From a virus (Duplodnaviria > Caudoviricetes): DNA of 57,545 bases. The stretch covers positions 1-57,545 of IMG/VR virus record IMGVR_UViG_3300032285_005159. One strand, written 5' to 3'. The notes under the pieces are model-generated. The model was not told the DNA's origin. It saw only the letters and a program-made list of their open reading frames with translations, and ran no database searches. A program made the translations under genes and the position numbers. Position 1 is the first letter of the stretch. Every line of letters starts with the position of its first letter. Below, in pieces: positions 34,028-42,338 of the stretch.

Positions 34028-35223
34028 TCGGGCTTATAAATGGTAACTTGAGTCCTTAAGTACCCACCGCGAGCTGGTTCAAGCTTGTCTTGAGCAATGA
34101 TTGAGTCAGGCCAATCCGTATAGTTAGTAGCTGGAATTGCTTTGTTAATTACGATGTAGTCCCAATCTGGATCAGAAGTTCCAGTAGAGTACGTTACTGT
34201 GGTGGCCGCACAAAGAGAAGGAGGTACGCGCAAGCCAAAGAACGGATTTGAAATATCAATGGGCAAAGGAAGCATTTGTACGGGGGCTTCTACCGTTGGT
34301 GCTGTTGCGTAGAATTTTTCAAACACTGTAGCTTTACACGGACCGCTATACTCGTAATGCCTGTACACTGGTTCAATGTACGTAGCTTGTTTGCCGTCGT
34401 TACGGGTAAATAGATTGGTAGTAAAGTAGTCAATTACTGGTGGCCAACCATAATTCATTGTTGTGCTGTACGTGCGTCCAACAGACGCAATAGAAGCTGG
34501 AATTACTTCCTGCTCAGAAATTGCGTACCACTTATCGGTAAGTTGGTCACCGCTGCGCTGCACGCCAGAGCTTTGTAAGCCCCAATACGAGTTTGTTTGG
34601 TCAGCAAAAAGCTCTTCAACTTTAGAGGTTCCCGTTACAATTTCACCTTTGTAGTAAAGAGTCTGCGTAAGAAACAATGGTTTACCGAAAGCTTGGTCGT
34701 AATCTACTTTAGTAAACGTAGCTTTTTTAATGTACGTAAGCTGCTCAGTAACGTACAGCGAGTTCAAGACTTGTTCTTGAGCATCGACTTGCTTGTACTC
34801 TGCCAGTACGTACGTGCCAGTAAAAATACCGTTTGGGCTAGTGCTCATAGCAGAACCCATTACGTAATTAGTTGGCGTAAAGCCAGCTCGTAGAGAGACG
34901 TAAGTGCGAACTACGGAGTCAAACTTCGTTCCGCCAATGTCAGCCTGACTGAACTGGTAGTTGTATAGGTCTTGGTTCTCGCGGTCCGCTGCGTAGAAGA
35001 ACTCAAAGATTTCATTCCGCTCAATGTCTACTGGCTTAATGTAGACCAGTTTGTGGTGCGGCCATTTTGCAGCGTTAGGGTATGGGGTTCCGTATTCAGG
35101 AAATGGGCTGTTGCCGCGATTGCAGTCGTGGATCTCTGAGAAAACTACGTCACCCACTAAAGGCGTAGGGAACGTCTTGCGGTCCTGCCTATACGGTGCT
35201 TGGGGTAGTGCGGAGATTGGCAT
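34024..35223 (-). CDS. Tail structural protein, 399 aa
   Basis: Long Thr/Tyr/Pro-rich ORF within the structural operon. Confidence 0.6.
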   Translation of the reverse strand: MPISALPQAPYRQDRKTFPTPLVGDVVFSEIHDCNRGNSPFPEYGTPYPNAAKWPHHKLVYIKPVDIERNEIFEFFYAADRENQDLYNYQFSQADIGGTKFDSVVRTYVSLRAGFTPTNYVMGSAMSTSPNGIFTGTYVLAEYKQVDAQEQVLNSLYVTEQLTYIKKATFTKVDYDQAFGKPLFLTQTLYYKGEIVTGTSKVEELFADQTNSYWGLQSSGVQRSGDQLTDKWYAISEQEVIPASIASVGRTYSTTMNYGWPPVIDYFTTNLFTRNDGKQATYIEPVYRHYEYSGPCKATVFEKFYATAPTVEAPVQMLPLPIDISNPFFGLRVPPSLCAATTVTYSTGTSDPDWDYIVINKAIPATNYTDWPDSIIAQDKLEPARGGYLRTQVTIYKPE

Positions 35224-35224
35224 T

Positions 35225-36181
35225 TTAGATAAGGGCTGTTACCGATACGTTCATCCAGTCTACAGTAGCATTATTTGTAGCATCCGTATTTGTAACAAAA
35301 ACTTCAATGAAGTCAGTATTAGCAAGTTCAACAATACACTGACATAACGCGTGAACTAAGTTACCTGTTCCTGTTGCAGAAGCTACAATACTTGACGACG
35401 TTATAAATGTGCTAGTGTTTTTATAAATGGCGAACTTATAGTCGTTCCCACTTGTCCCATGAAAGCTTATTGATGCCGCTACCAAAAATTTACGGGTTGC
35501 TGTTCCAGCATACGTTAGCCTATTACTGGAATGAGTAAAATTTGAAACAGTACCAACCGTTGTTGTTCCAGCAACTTTTACAAACGTGTTGATTGCAGCT
35601 ATTGTTGTAGCAGATGCCGTTGAAATATAATACTCACCGTATGCGGATTGAGTAATGCCAGTTCCTCCATTGGCTACTGGAAGAGTTCCAGTAACACCAG
35701 TAGAAAGTGGCAAGCCAATACATCCCGTTAAAGTCTTATTCGTTAAAGTGTCGGTCGAGCTTGTAGTAACTACATTAACTCCTTCAACGGCGATCTTTCC
35801 AGCAGAAACTCTTGAAATGGTTGTGTCGGTTTCGTGTCCAATTTCAATAGTACCAATACCTAACGCAGTTGATGTTGACGACACTAGACCACTAATTGGT
35901 AATCCAGTACAGCTAGTAAGCGTACCAGAAGATGGTGTGCCTAAAGCTGGCGTAGTTAAAGTTGGAGAACTTAAAGTAGGGCTGCTTGAAAGTACCACGC
36001 CACCACTACCAGTTGAAGCAGCAGTTACACCAGTGCCACCACGAGCGACTGGTAGTGTGCCAGCCGTTACTTGCGACGCGTTAATTGAAATGGCATCAGA
36101 TCCGCCGGAAGCATGACTGGCAGCATGTGCTGCTGCAATTCCTAAACCTGAAATAGTAAGTGTGTACGAGTCAGAAGGCAT
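35225..36181 (-). CDS. Tail fiber-like protein, 318 aa
   Basis: HAASHASGGSD, repeated GTLPVAxGGTG, PTLTTPALGTP, TDTLTNKTL fiber motifs. Confidence 0.75.
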   Translation of the reverse strand: MPSDSYTLTISGLGIAAAHAASHASGGSDAISINASQVTAGTLPVARGGTGVTAASTGSGGVVLSSSPTLSSPTLTTPALGTPSSGTLTSCTGLPISGLVSSTSTALGIGTIEIGHETDTTISRVSAGKIAVEGVNVVTTSSTDTLTNKTLTGCIGLPLSTGVTGTLPVANGGTGITQSAYGEYYISTASATTIAAINTFVKVAGTTTVGTVSNFTHSSNRLTYAGTATRKFLVAASISFHGTSGNDYKFAIYKNTSTFITSSSIVASATGTGNLVHALCQCIVELANTDFIEVFVTNTDATNNATVDWMNVSVTALI

Positions 36182-36186
36182 AAAAT

Positions 36187-36546
36187 TTAGACGTTGTCAG
36201 TATATTGTGGGCGAACGGTAATAGACCCGTAAACCAAACGGCGGGTTACTATATTAGGAGAAGTACCTAGTACCATAAAAATATCCCAGTTATAAAGGTT
36301 AGTTCCAGCTTTAAGTAGCTTTGTATTCGCTTTAGAAAGCGCAAACGTTACAATTCCAAGGGTCTTTGGCGTTGAAATTGTAGGCGTAAAAGAAACTGCT
36401 TGTGACTTTGAGGCCAAGCTTTGAACGTCAGCATAAAACGTTGCAGTGGTAAGATCAACGGCAGCACCACTAGCATCCTTAATTGTAAGCACGAAACTGT
36501 AATCCGCTGCGCGGTCAAGAGTAATGTCGTAGTTGGCTGCAAGCAT
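36187..36546 (-). CDS. BppU-like Ig-fold fiber adaptor, 119 aa
   Basis: YDITLDRAADY...AVDLT...YNWDI...LVYGSITV. Confidence 0.55.
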   Translation of the reverse strand: MLAANYDITLDRAADYSFVLTIKDASGAAVDLTTATFYADVQSLASKSQAVSFTPTISTPKTLGIVTFALSKANTKLLKAGTNLYNWDIFMVLGTSPNIVTRRLVYGSITVRPQYTDNV

Positions 36547-36558
36547 TAGGGTAAAGGT

Positions 36559-36954
36559 TTATGGTTTTGATTTATACATAGCCTCAAATGCAGCGTTCCA
36601 AGAAGCATTGTCAACTTCACTTCCATTATGAAGTAGATCATCAATTGACTGTGCAGACTCAATTAAAGGTATTTCATCAGTTAATTTAGCAAGTTTAGCT
36701 AATACTGTGCATGATTTTTTTACTTGAGCCAGAGTCTTATCTTGACTATAGAATGAAGAGCTACGGTCAGTGCATCTCCAAAGAGTGAGCTTTCCAATTT
36801 TAAGTTTTGCAGATACACTTACAATAATATTATTGAAACTTTCAAATGAAGATACAGATACTAAATCTGAAACTTTATCCCTACCAAAATTCTTACTTTC
36901 ACTAACATCAGCTAGCGATTGATCTGCCAAAGTTTTAAGTTCTTCGTAAGTCAT
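36559..36954 (-). CDS. Hypothetical protein
   Basis: AT-rich ORF starting right after the LamG gene stop. Confidence 0.55.
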   Translation of the reverse strand: MTYEELKTLADQSLADVSESKNFGRDKVSDLVSVSSFESFNNIIVSVSAKLKIGKLTLWRCTDRSSSFYSQDKTLAQVKKSCTVLAKLAKLTDEIPLIESAQSIDDLLHNGSEVDNASWNAAFEAMYKSKP

Positions 36955-36955
36955 A

Positions 36956-37705
36956 TTAAAAGTTTTGGTAATCAAGACCTGCTCCACCATTGTAGAGCTT
37001 AGTTATTTCAGCATTTGTCAGTGCGCGATTCCATATTGACATTGAATCCAATACTTCTGGAGCCATTCCAAAATCAAATGCATTATTTGAATTCAATCTA
37101 ATATCTCCGCCGCTAACACTTACGGTTCGTCCATTACCATAATCATTAACAGTAAATTCATCTGAATTATTAAGAGACCCATCTATATATAAGGCAATCT
37201 TTCTTCCAGTAGTAGTCTTACTAAATACACCAGTAATAAAATGCCATGCGTTATCTGATATTGGATCAGAAGATGGTATTCTACCATTCAAGATATTATC
37301 ATCATTATCAGTGCAAATTACATCAAAGTTTATTTCTCCTGCATCTGTAATGAAGAACCCAATAGCACCTTCACAACCAAATGGAACAGAATAATCAGAA
37401 TAACTATTTTGAAAAAAACCTCTCTTAACCCAAAATGAAATAGATGCCTCAATATCTCCAGAATATGGTGATGAGTCATTAAACAGTGCCTGATTATAAT
37501 TGAATGAAGCTGCGTTCCCGATTTTTCCAGCTACTACTGTTGGTGACGCATAAACAGATAAACTCAAACCTCCATGAGAATCAGGATATACTCCGTTAAT
37601 GTCAACCGAATTAAGTTTCCAATGCGATATTAAACCATTAAGCAAGTTTATACCTGCCTTTTTGGCTTTAAGATTAACTAGAGTATTTCCTAATCCTAAA
37701 CGCAT
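36956..37705 (-). CDS. LamG/concanavalin A-like lectin domain protein
   Basis: GLISHWKL, GKIGNAASF, SISFWVK, WHFITGV, ALYIDG, IWNRALTNAEITKLYN. Confidence 0.85.
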   Translation of the reverse strand: MRLGLGNTLVNLKAKKAGINLLNGLISHWKLNSVDINGVYPDSHGGLSLSVYASPTVVAGKIGNAASFNYNQALFNDSSPYSGDIEASISFWVKRGFFQNSYSDYSVPFGCEGAIGFFITDAGEINFDVICTDNDDNILNGRIPSSDPISDNAWHFITGVFSKTTTGRKIALYIDGSLNNSDEFTVNDYGNGRTVSVSGGDIRLNSNNAFDFGMAPEVLDSMSIWNRALTNAEITKLYNGGAGLDYQNF

Positions 37706-37711
37706 TTAGTT

Positions 37712-37963
37712 TTAAAGTGCGACATAGAATACAGCAGTACCTGTAAGCGATCCACCCAATAATGGTGTATAGAGAATCGTACCTGCTGGCAGTGTAACAC
37801 CGCTAAGTCCAGTGGCTAGTGGTGCTTGTGCAGCAGTTACAGTAAGCACAACATCAGTAAGACACTGTACAGCGCAGTATTGTCCAGCAGTGATTGTGGT
37901 AGCGGTAAGTACAACGCATCCTCCTTCACCGAAGGCTTGTTTGTCGATAGGGGTAATTGGCAT
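37712..37963 (-). CDS. Small virion protein, 83 aa
   Basis: GVTLPAGTILY...LTGTAVFY pattern upstream of the LamG gene. Confidence 0.6.
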   Translation of the reverse strand: MPITPIDKQAFGEGGCVVLTATTITAGQYCAVQCLTDVVLTVTAAQAPLATGLSGVTLPAGTILYTPLLGGSLTGTAVFYVAL

Positions 37964-37983
37964 AAGAGTAAGTGTGTTTAGGG

Positions 37984-38133
37984 TTACTTAGGTTTTTTTG
38001 CTGTTTTTGCAGCTTGCTTAAAATCTTTGGCTGTTGGAGCGGCTTTGCTACCAACTCGGTTCATTTTCTCGCCAGAACCAGCTTTAATGCGTTCTTGCTT
38101 TGCGTTGATATTTGCGTATAGTCCTTGTTTCAT
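37984..38133 (-). CDS. Small basic phage protein, 49 aa
   Basis: MKQGLYANINAKQERIKAGSGEKM...APTAKDFKQAAKTAKK; promoter TTGACT-N17-TACCCT upstream. Confidence 0.7.
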   Translation of the reverse strand: MKQGLYANINAKQERIKAGSGEKMNRVGSKAAPTAKDFKQAAKTAKKPK

Positions 38134-38194
38134 TCAGGTATTGTTTGTATGACCTATGCTAGATAGGGTACCGTAAACCAACTAAGAAGTCAAG

Positions 38195-38785
38195 TTATTG
38201 TACAGATTTTACTGCACTACTGGCTAGCCAGTTAAGAATGCCGTCCGCATACGCTTTAGCTAGCTCTTCACGGTGCCCGAAGAAAAATGCATTTTCCTTG
38301 GCGTTGCTGCCGAAGAAAGGCTCGCAAATAACGGCAGGGCAGTGTGTTTTACTTAGGAAAAGACCGCCGCGATCATCCGCATTGATTTGTTTCAAGCCTC
38401 TATTCTTCTGTTGCGGAAAGGCTTTGGTAAAGCTTTGGGTTAGCTCGTCAGCGAGCTTTAAACCTTTTGGACTGGTAAACCAGTGCAAGAACTCGTAGCC
38501 GTTAGCTTTGCCATCGTCGGAGCAATTGAAGTGGAGCTCTACGGCTACGTCTGCTTTAAGCTCTTGCAAGTGGCCAGCAAGCCAATTCATTGCGGTACCG
38601 TAGCCGCTGCCGTTGTATAGGCTTACTACTACAGCGTTGTGACCTGTTTGCTGGATTAGTTCGCAAACGCGTTTAGCCAAAGGCTGATTAAACGCCCACT
38701 CCGTTACGTTGTCCACGTTTACTGCGCCTTTATCACCTGCGCGGCTATGGCCTACGCATACTGCTACGAGTTTCTTATTTTGCAT
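38195..38785 (-). CDS. Endolysin, N-acetylmuramoyl-L-alanine amidase (Amidase_3)
   Basis: CVGH, TEWAFN, VELHFN, VICEPFF zinc/catalytic motifs. Confidence 0.9.
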   Translation of the reverse strand: MQNKKLVAVCVGHSRAGDKGAVNVDNVTEWAFNQPLAKRVCELIQQTGHNAVVVSLYNGSGYGTAMNWLAGHLQELKADVAVELHFNCSDDGKANGYEFLHWFTSPKGLKLADELTQSFTKAFPQQKNRGLKQINADDRGGLFLSKTHCPAVICEPFFGSNAKENAFFFGHREELAKAYADGILNWLASSAVKSVQ

Positions 38786-38999
38786 TGCCTATAATAATTG
38801 CACGTTGGTAGCTGTACTGGCTATGGTACTTTTGCAAGTTTCCAACCAATATACCTTCTTGGAAGTGGTAAACTACGCCCGGTTTAAGTGTAACGTGATC
38901 TGGACTATAAAGTGCGCTTTCGTTTGAGTCGCTGCGCGAGCCGTTCCATGCGCAGCTTGCTAGACCCATTGCCAATACTAGCGAGCCGATCAAGTTCAT
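38775..38999 (-). CDS. Lipoprotein, putative o-spanin
   Basis: MNLIGSLVLAMGLASC lipobox; overlaps the upstream ORF out of frame, as in Rz/Rz1. Confidence 0.6.
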   Translation of the reverse strand: MNLIGSLVLAMGLASCAWNGSRSDSNESALYSPDHVTLKPGVVYHFQEGILVGNLQKYHSQYSYQRAIIIGNAK

Positions 39000-39102
39000 C
39001 TTCGATCTGATCCAGCTCTGTTTCGTGCTGCCTAAGCACCCATTGCGCATACGCATTGCACGCAGCAGTAAAAGCTTGGAGTAATGCGGTCCACGCATTC
39101 AC
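38905..39102 (-). CDS. Putative i-spanin-like protein, 65 aa
   Basis: Weakly hydrophobic N-terminus plus coiled coil, between holin and lipoprotein. Confidence 0.45.
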   Translation of the reverse strand: MNAWTALLQAFTAACNAYAQWVLRQHETELDQIEDELDRLASIGNGSSKLRMERLAQRLKRKRTL

Positions 39103-39254
39103 TTTACAGAGTCAGCAGCCTTAATCAAACCGATTCCAGCAGTAACTCCGGTAAGCAAGGCACCAATATCAAAAGTGCTGGTCTTTAGAAAAGAAATCGC
39201 AGCAAACGTAACGGCAGAAATAATAGTAAGTATTCCAATTGCGGTGGTCTTCAT
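39099..39254 (-). CDS. Putative holin, 51 aa (leaderless)
   Basis: MKTTAIGILTI...GIGLIKAAD, two hydrophobic segments; TTGACC-N17-TACTTT (39261-39289) ends 6 nt before the ATG. Confidence 0.65.
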   Translation of the reverse strand: MKTTAIGILTIISAVTFAAISFLKTSTFDIGALLTGVTAGIGLIKAADSVK

Positions 39255-39295
39255 ATAGGTAAAGTACCACTTTTGGCGGGTTGGGTCAAGCAAAA

Positions 39296-39637
39296 TTACT
39301 TCCGCTTCATGCCGCGCTCAATAGCAACCATAAACGAGTTGCCGCTATTTGGTTTTTGGCTAATGTCTGGGCTTCCATACATTTTGCCGCTTCCGCCACA
39401 TTCTTGGCAGCACGAGCCTTCTTCCTCTTCCATTCCTTCGACAGCTTCATGCTCTGGACCTTCTTCAGCCTCGTGCATAGAATCCTCGCCTTGGTCCTTT
39501 GGCATAAGCACTGGCAAGCCGTTTAGCTGCAAAGGCATTAGGTGGTCACCCATAGCCACAAATGTTCCGGTAAGCTTAAAAGGCTTAACGTCGCCGTCCG
39601 CTGGAATTTGTAAACCTTCAGGAATTGGAATGTGCAT
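39296..39637 (-). CDS. Acidic protein, paralog of 39812..40105
   Basis: IPEGL.(I/V)P N-terminus and SFMxAIE C-terminus shared with the paralog. Confidence 0.7.
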   Translation of the reverse strand: MHIPIPEGLQIPADGDVKPFKLTGTFVAMGDHLMPLQLNGLPVLMPKDQGEDSMHEAEEGPEHEAVEGMEEEEGSCCQECGGSGKMYGSPDISQKPNSGNSFMVAIERGMKRK

Positions 39638-39645
39638 AGTAGTTT

Positions 39646-39810
39646 TTACAGTTTTCGAATTACGTTGTACAAGGAAATTAGACCTACAATAAGACCTAAA
39701 ACTAACGAAGCAGTACGCAAGTGCGCGTCTAACTGAGCCTGAAACGATACCACTACCCCCAAGGCGGGAACGGTAGAACCAGTGAACCAGTTAAAGCAAC
39801 GCTCGAACAT
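39646..39810 (-). CDS. Small membrane protein (holin/antiholin-like), 54 aa
   Basis: LRTASLVLGLIVGLISLYNVIRKL hydrophobic helix. Confidence 0.5.
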   Translation of the reverse strand: MFERCFNWFTGSTVPALGVVVSFQAQLDAHLRTASLVLGLIVGLISLYNVIRKL

Positions 39811-39811
39811 T

Positions 39812-40105
39812 TTACTTGTTTGGTTTTTTGGCCATTGCTTTTTCAATGGCACTCATAAATGAGTCGGCACCAGCCGCCGGGGCCGCCGGAGCTTGTTCCA
39901 TTTCTTGTTCTGCGCCGCCTTGGGCCTCGGTACCTTCGCCTTCTGCGGCCATTTCTGGCGGAGATTCTTCCCCCTCACCACCCTCAACGGGAATTCCGTC
40001 AACGGCCAATGGGTAGAGCTCGCTACCGCGAACTTCAAAGGTAGTTACCAAATCAATTTGTCCGCTTTCCGGGACCTCAAGACCTTCAGGAATTTTAATG
40101 TTCAT
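39812..40105 (-). CDS. Acidic protein, paralog of 39296..39637
   Basis: MNIKIPEGLEVP...DGIPV...DSFMSAIEKAM. Confidence 0.7.
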   Translation of the reverse strand: MNIKIPEGLEVPESGQIDLVTTFEVRGSELYPLAVDGIPVEGGEGEESPPEMAAEGEGTEAQGGAEQEMEQAPAAPAAGADSFMSAIEKAMAKKPNK

Positions 40106-40107
40106 TT

Positions 40108-40174
40108 AAAAAAAGGGGTACCTGCATCCTGTTTTAAGTTTGCCAGAGGAAAGAGTCCCGAAACAGGATGCAGG
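40108..40174 (-). terminator. Long-loop hairpin with T-run
   Basis: 14-bp stem (40121-40134/40161-40174), 26-nt loop, T7 run downstream on the - strand. Confidence 0.5.
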
Positions 40175-40182
40175 ATTAGGGT

Positions 40183-40611
40183 TTAGGATACACGATACCA
40201 GCTAGTACCATTGCTCAAGAAGCGAGCAGATGTAGCTGTAGCGATGTTCGATTGTGCGGCAAGATGACCAGTAGCAAGCGTAGAAATTGCAGCAGTTCCA
40301 GAACCACCGTTAATCACAAGAACTTCACGGAGCGTTCCAGAAGCTGTTGGAAGAGTAAGAGTACTAGTCGTACCGCTATTGATAAAGTAAACGCGAGTTG
40401 CAATAGTAGCTGTTCCCGCAGCAGCGGCAGTCAAATCAGCGGATTGAATACCACCGTAACCAGTCAAACGGCTATTGGCAGAGATAAGGCTGGTAATAGT
40501 TGCAGTCTTCGGTTTACGAAGAGCATCACTAAAGACTTGTACAAGATCGGCTCCAGCAAGATCTGCTGCGGCGATTGGAGAAATAGTAGGGGCGTCGTCT
40601 AAGGTAGGCAT
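40183..40611 (-). CDS. Probable capsid decoration/minor head protein, 142 aa
   Basis: Directly after the capsid gene; TLTLPTA...VLVINGG...FLSNGTSWY beta-rich pattern. Confidence 0.55.
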   Translation of the reverse strand: MPTLDDAPTISPIAAADLAGADLVQVFSDALRKPKTATITSLISANSRLTGYGGIQSADLTAAAAGTATIATRVYFINSGTTSTLTLPTASGTLREVLVINGGSGTAAISTLATGHLAAQSNIATATSARFLSNGTSWYRVS

Positions 40612-40635
40612 CGTTTTAAGTAGGTAAAAGATGAA

Positions 40636-40670
40636 GCTAAGGGGTATCCTTTTTAGGGATACCCCTTAGC
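40636..40670 (-). terminator. Hairpin after the capsid gene (weak terminator or mRNA stabiliser)
   Basis: Perfect 14-bp stem GCTAAGGGGTATCC/GGATACCCCTTAGC; broken T-run. Confidence 0.65.
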
Positions 40671-40679
40671 GTTTAGGGT

Positions 40680-42008
40680 TTAGGCAGCAGGAGTGGTGCT
40701 TGTCCGAGCAAAGACAATCGCATAACCGAAGTTAGTTTTGATTGGCTTCGAAGCAGAAGCAAGGATACCACGGAAGAAACCAATTGTACCGTCTGGGTTA
40801 GTAACTTCGTTAGGGATGTTAGTCCACTTGAAGTCACCCTTGTAGTTAATTGGGTTGAACTGAAGTCCAGCAACACCAGAAATTGGTTCTGGGATTAGGG
40901 CTTCCATAACTTCTTCGTGCAGCACGTAAGCAGCTTCGTAAGTAGCCGTATCGTACGCGGTATTTGGAATAATTACGCCGTTCGAGCTCGAAGTGAACAC
41001 GTAAGGTGAAACGCGGGTGTAGGTCGTACCACCGTCTTCGAAACGAGGAGCAAGATCGTCAACCAAGTGATAGTAACCACGGAACGACTTCTCAATTCCA
41101 AGAGGAGCGATTAGATCGCTAACCTTAGCAGAGTTATAACGAACGTCGTCGCGGAACCCGGCTTCGGTTTGGAGGAGATAAGAAGCTTCCGAGCTAAGAA
41201 CAAGGCCAAATACTGGACGTCCGTTTTCACGGCCGTAAGCGTTGGTACCAGCTCCAGCACGAACCAACTTGAAGTACAGGTTATCAAGAACTTTGTTCGA
41301 GATATTTGCACTTGCAACGTACGTTGCGGCGATGTTAGTAACGTCTTTGGTAGCCGTACCAGACTTAGCAAATACACCGTTGGTGAAAGTACCAGTGGTC
41401 AAGCAGTTAACCGCAGTATCACAAAGGCGGTCATACTCGTCACGGTAACGCTCTTCCCAGCTATAACGGGTAGACTGCTTAAGCAGATCCATAATAGCAC
41501 GAAGTTGTTCTTGGCGGTGAGCGGCGAAGCGAAGGTCTTCGATGTTAATCCGTGGGGATTCAATAACCGAACGAGCAAGCGAGTAGCTCTTAAGCGAACG
41601 GGTAAAATCAATGAAGCCTTTTCCGGTTCCGTCTGAAGGACCTTGTGGTCCAAGAACGTCTTTAACGGATGGGCTTGCAAGGAAACCAGTACGTGGGCCA
41701 GACTCGGCAGTACCGAGGCTACCCCAAGTTCCAAGACCAATAGCCGTATTAGCTTCATCGCCAGTTCCGTTACCAGTGCTGGTTACGTCGCGGACAGGAA
41801 GTGCACGGTCATAAATAATGGTGTTAAGCTGGTAACCCATGTCGCTTGGAAAAGCAGACTTCTTAATGAGGTCGATCCAAGGACTGGTGTGAAGCGTTTG
41901 AGCGTGGATGTCCATACCGATGCGGTTAGCTTCTTCGGTAAGGATCGTGTTAATTACTGCGGTACCGGAGCCGCCTTGGCTAAGGGTACCAACGTTTGTA
42001 AATGCCAT
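40680..42008 (-). CDS. Major capsid protein, 442 aa
   Basis: Portal-scaffold-capsid order, own promoter, downstream hairpin, size, and T-ending codon bias. Confidence 0.8.
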   Translation of the reverse strand: MAFTNVGTLSQGGSGTAVINTILTEEANRIGMDIHAQTLHTSPWIDLIKKSAFPSDMGYQLNTIIYDRALPVRDVTSTGNGTGDEANTAIGLGTWGSLGTAESGPRTGFLASPSVKDVLGPQGPSDGTGKGFIDFTRSLKSYSLARSVIESPRINIEDLRFAAHRQEQLRAIMDLLKQSTRYSWEERYRDEYDRLCDTAVNCLTTGTFTNGVFAKSGTATKDVTNIAATYVASANISNKVLDNLYFKLVRAGAGTNAYGRENGRPVFGLVLSSEASYLLQTEAGFRDDVRYNSAKVSDLIAPLGIEKSFRGYYHLVDDLAPRFEDGGTTYTRVSPYVFTSSSNGVIIPNTAYDTATYEAAYVLHEEVMEALIPEPISGVAGLQFNPINYKGDFKWTNIPNEVTNPDGTIGFFRGILASASKPIKTNFGYAIVFARTSTTPAA

Positions 42009-42239
42009 AAAAGTAGTTTAGTAAGGAGTTAAAATTAAAAAGTTGAAACACAGGGTGCTTTGTTTGAAAACCAAATTGCACATAGGCTTGGCGTTCTAAA
42101 GCGGTTTTGTTAAACAACTTCCACGGTTTTAATTTTCTTACTCCCTTTTATAGCGCAATGTGCTTTTTAAGGCGTGTCCCATTGGCAGGACGTTCAGGAG
42201 TGTAGTAGAAATTTGGAACGCGTTTCTTTGTTCGCGGGT

Positions 42240-42269
42240 AATGTAGCACTAAATGAAGCAATACGTCAA
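42240..42269 (-). promoter_or_regulatory. Capsid gene promoter
   Basis: TTGACG-N18-TACATT with extended -10 TG; gives a ~225-nt leader. Confidence 0.65.
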
Positions 42270-42270
42270 C

Positions 42271-42311
42271 AAAAAAGTTAACCCCGCCTATTTTTAATAG
42301 GCGGGGTTAAC
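42271..42311 (-). terminator. Rho-independent terminator after the scaffold gene
   Basis: 16-bp stem GTTAACCCCGCCTATT plus T6. Confidence 0.85.
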
Positions 42312-42338
42312 CTAGACACAACAACCAACAGAAATTAT

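Noticed and set aside
36670-36685. CTGATGA on the - strand as a fourth hammerhead
   Set aside because: It lies inside a coding region with no flanking stems or properly placed GAAA/GUC.
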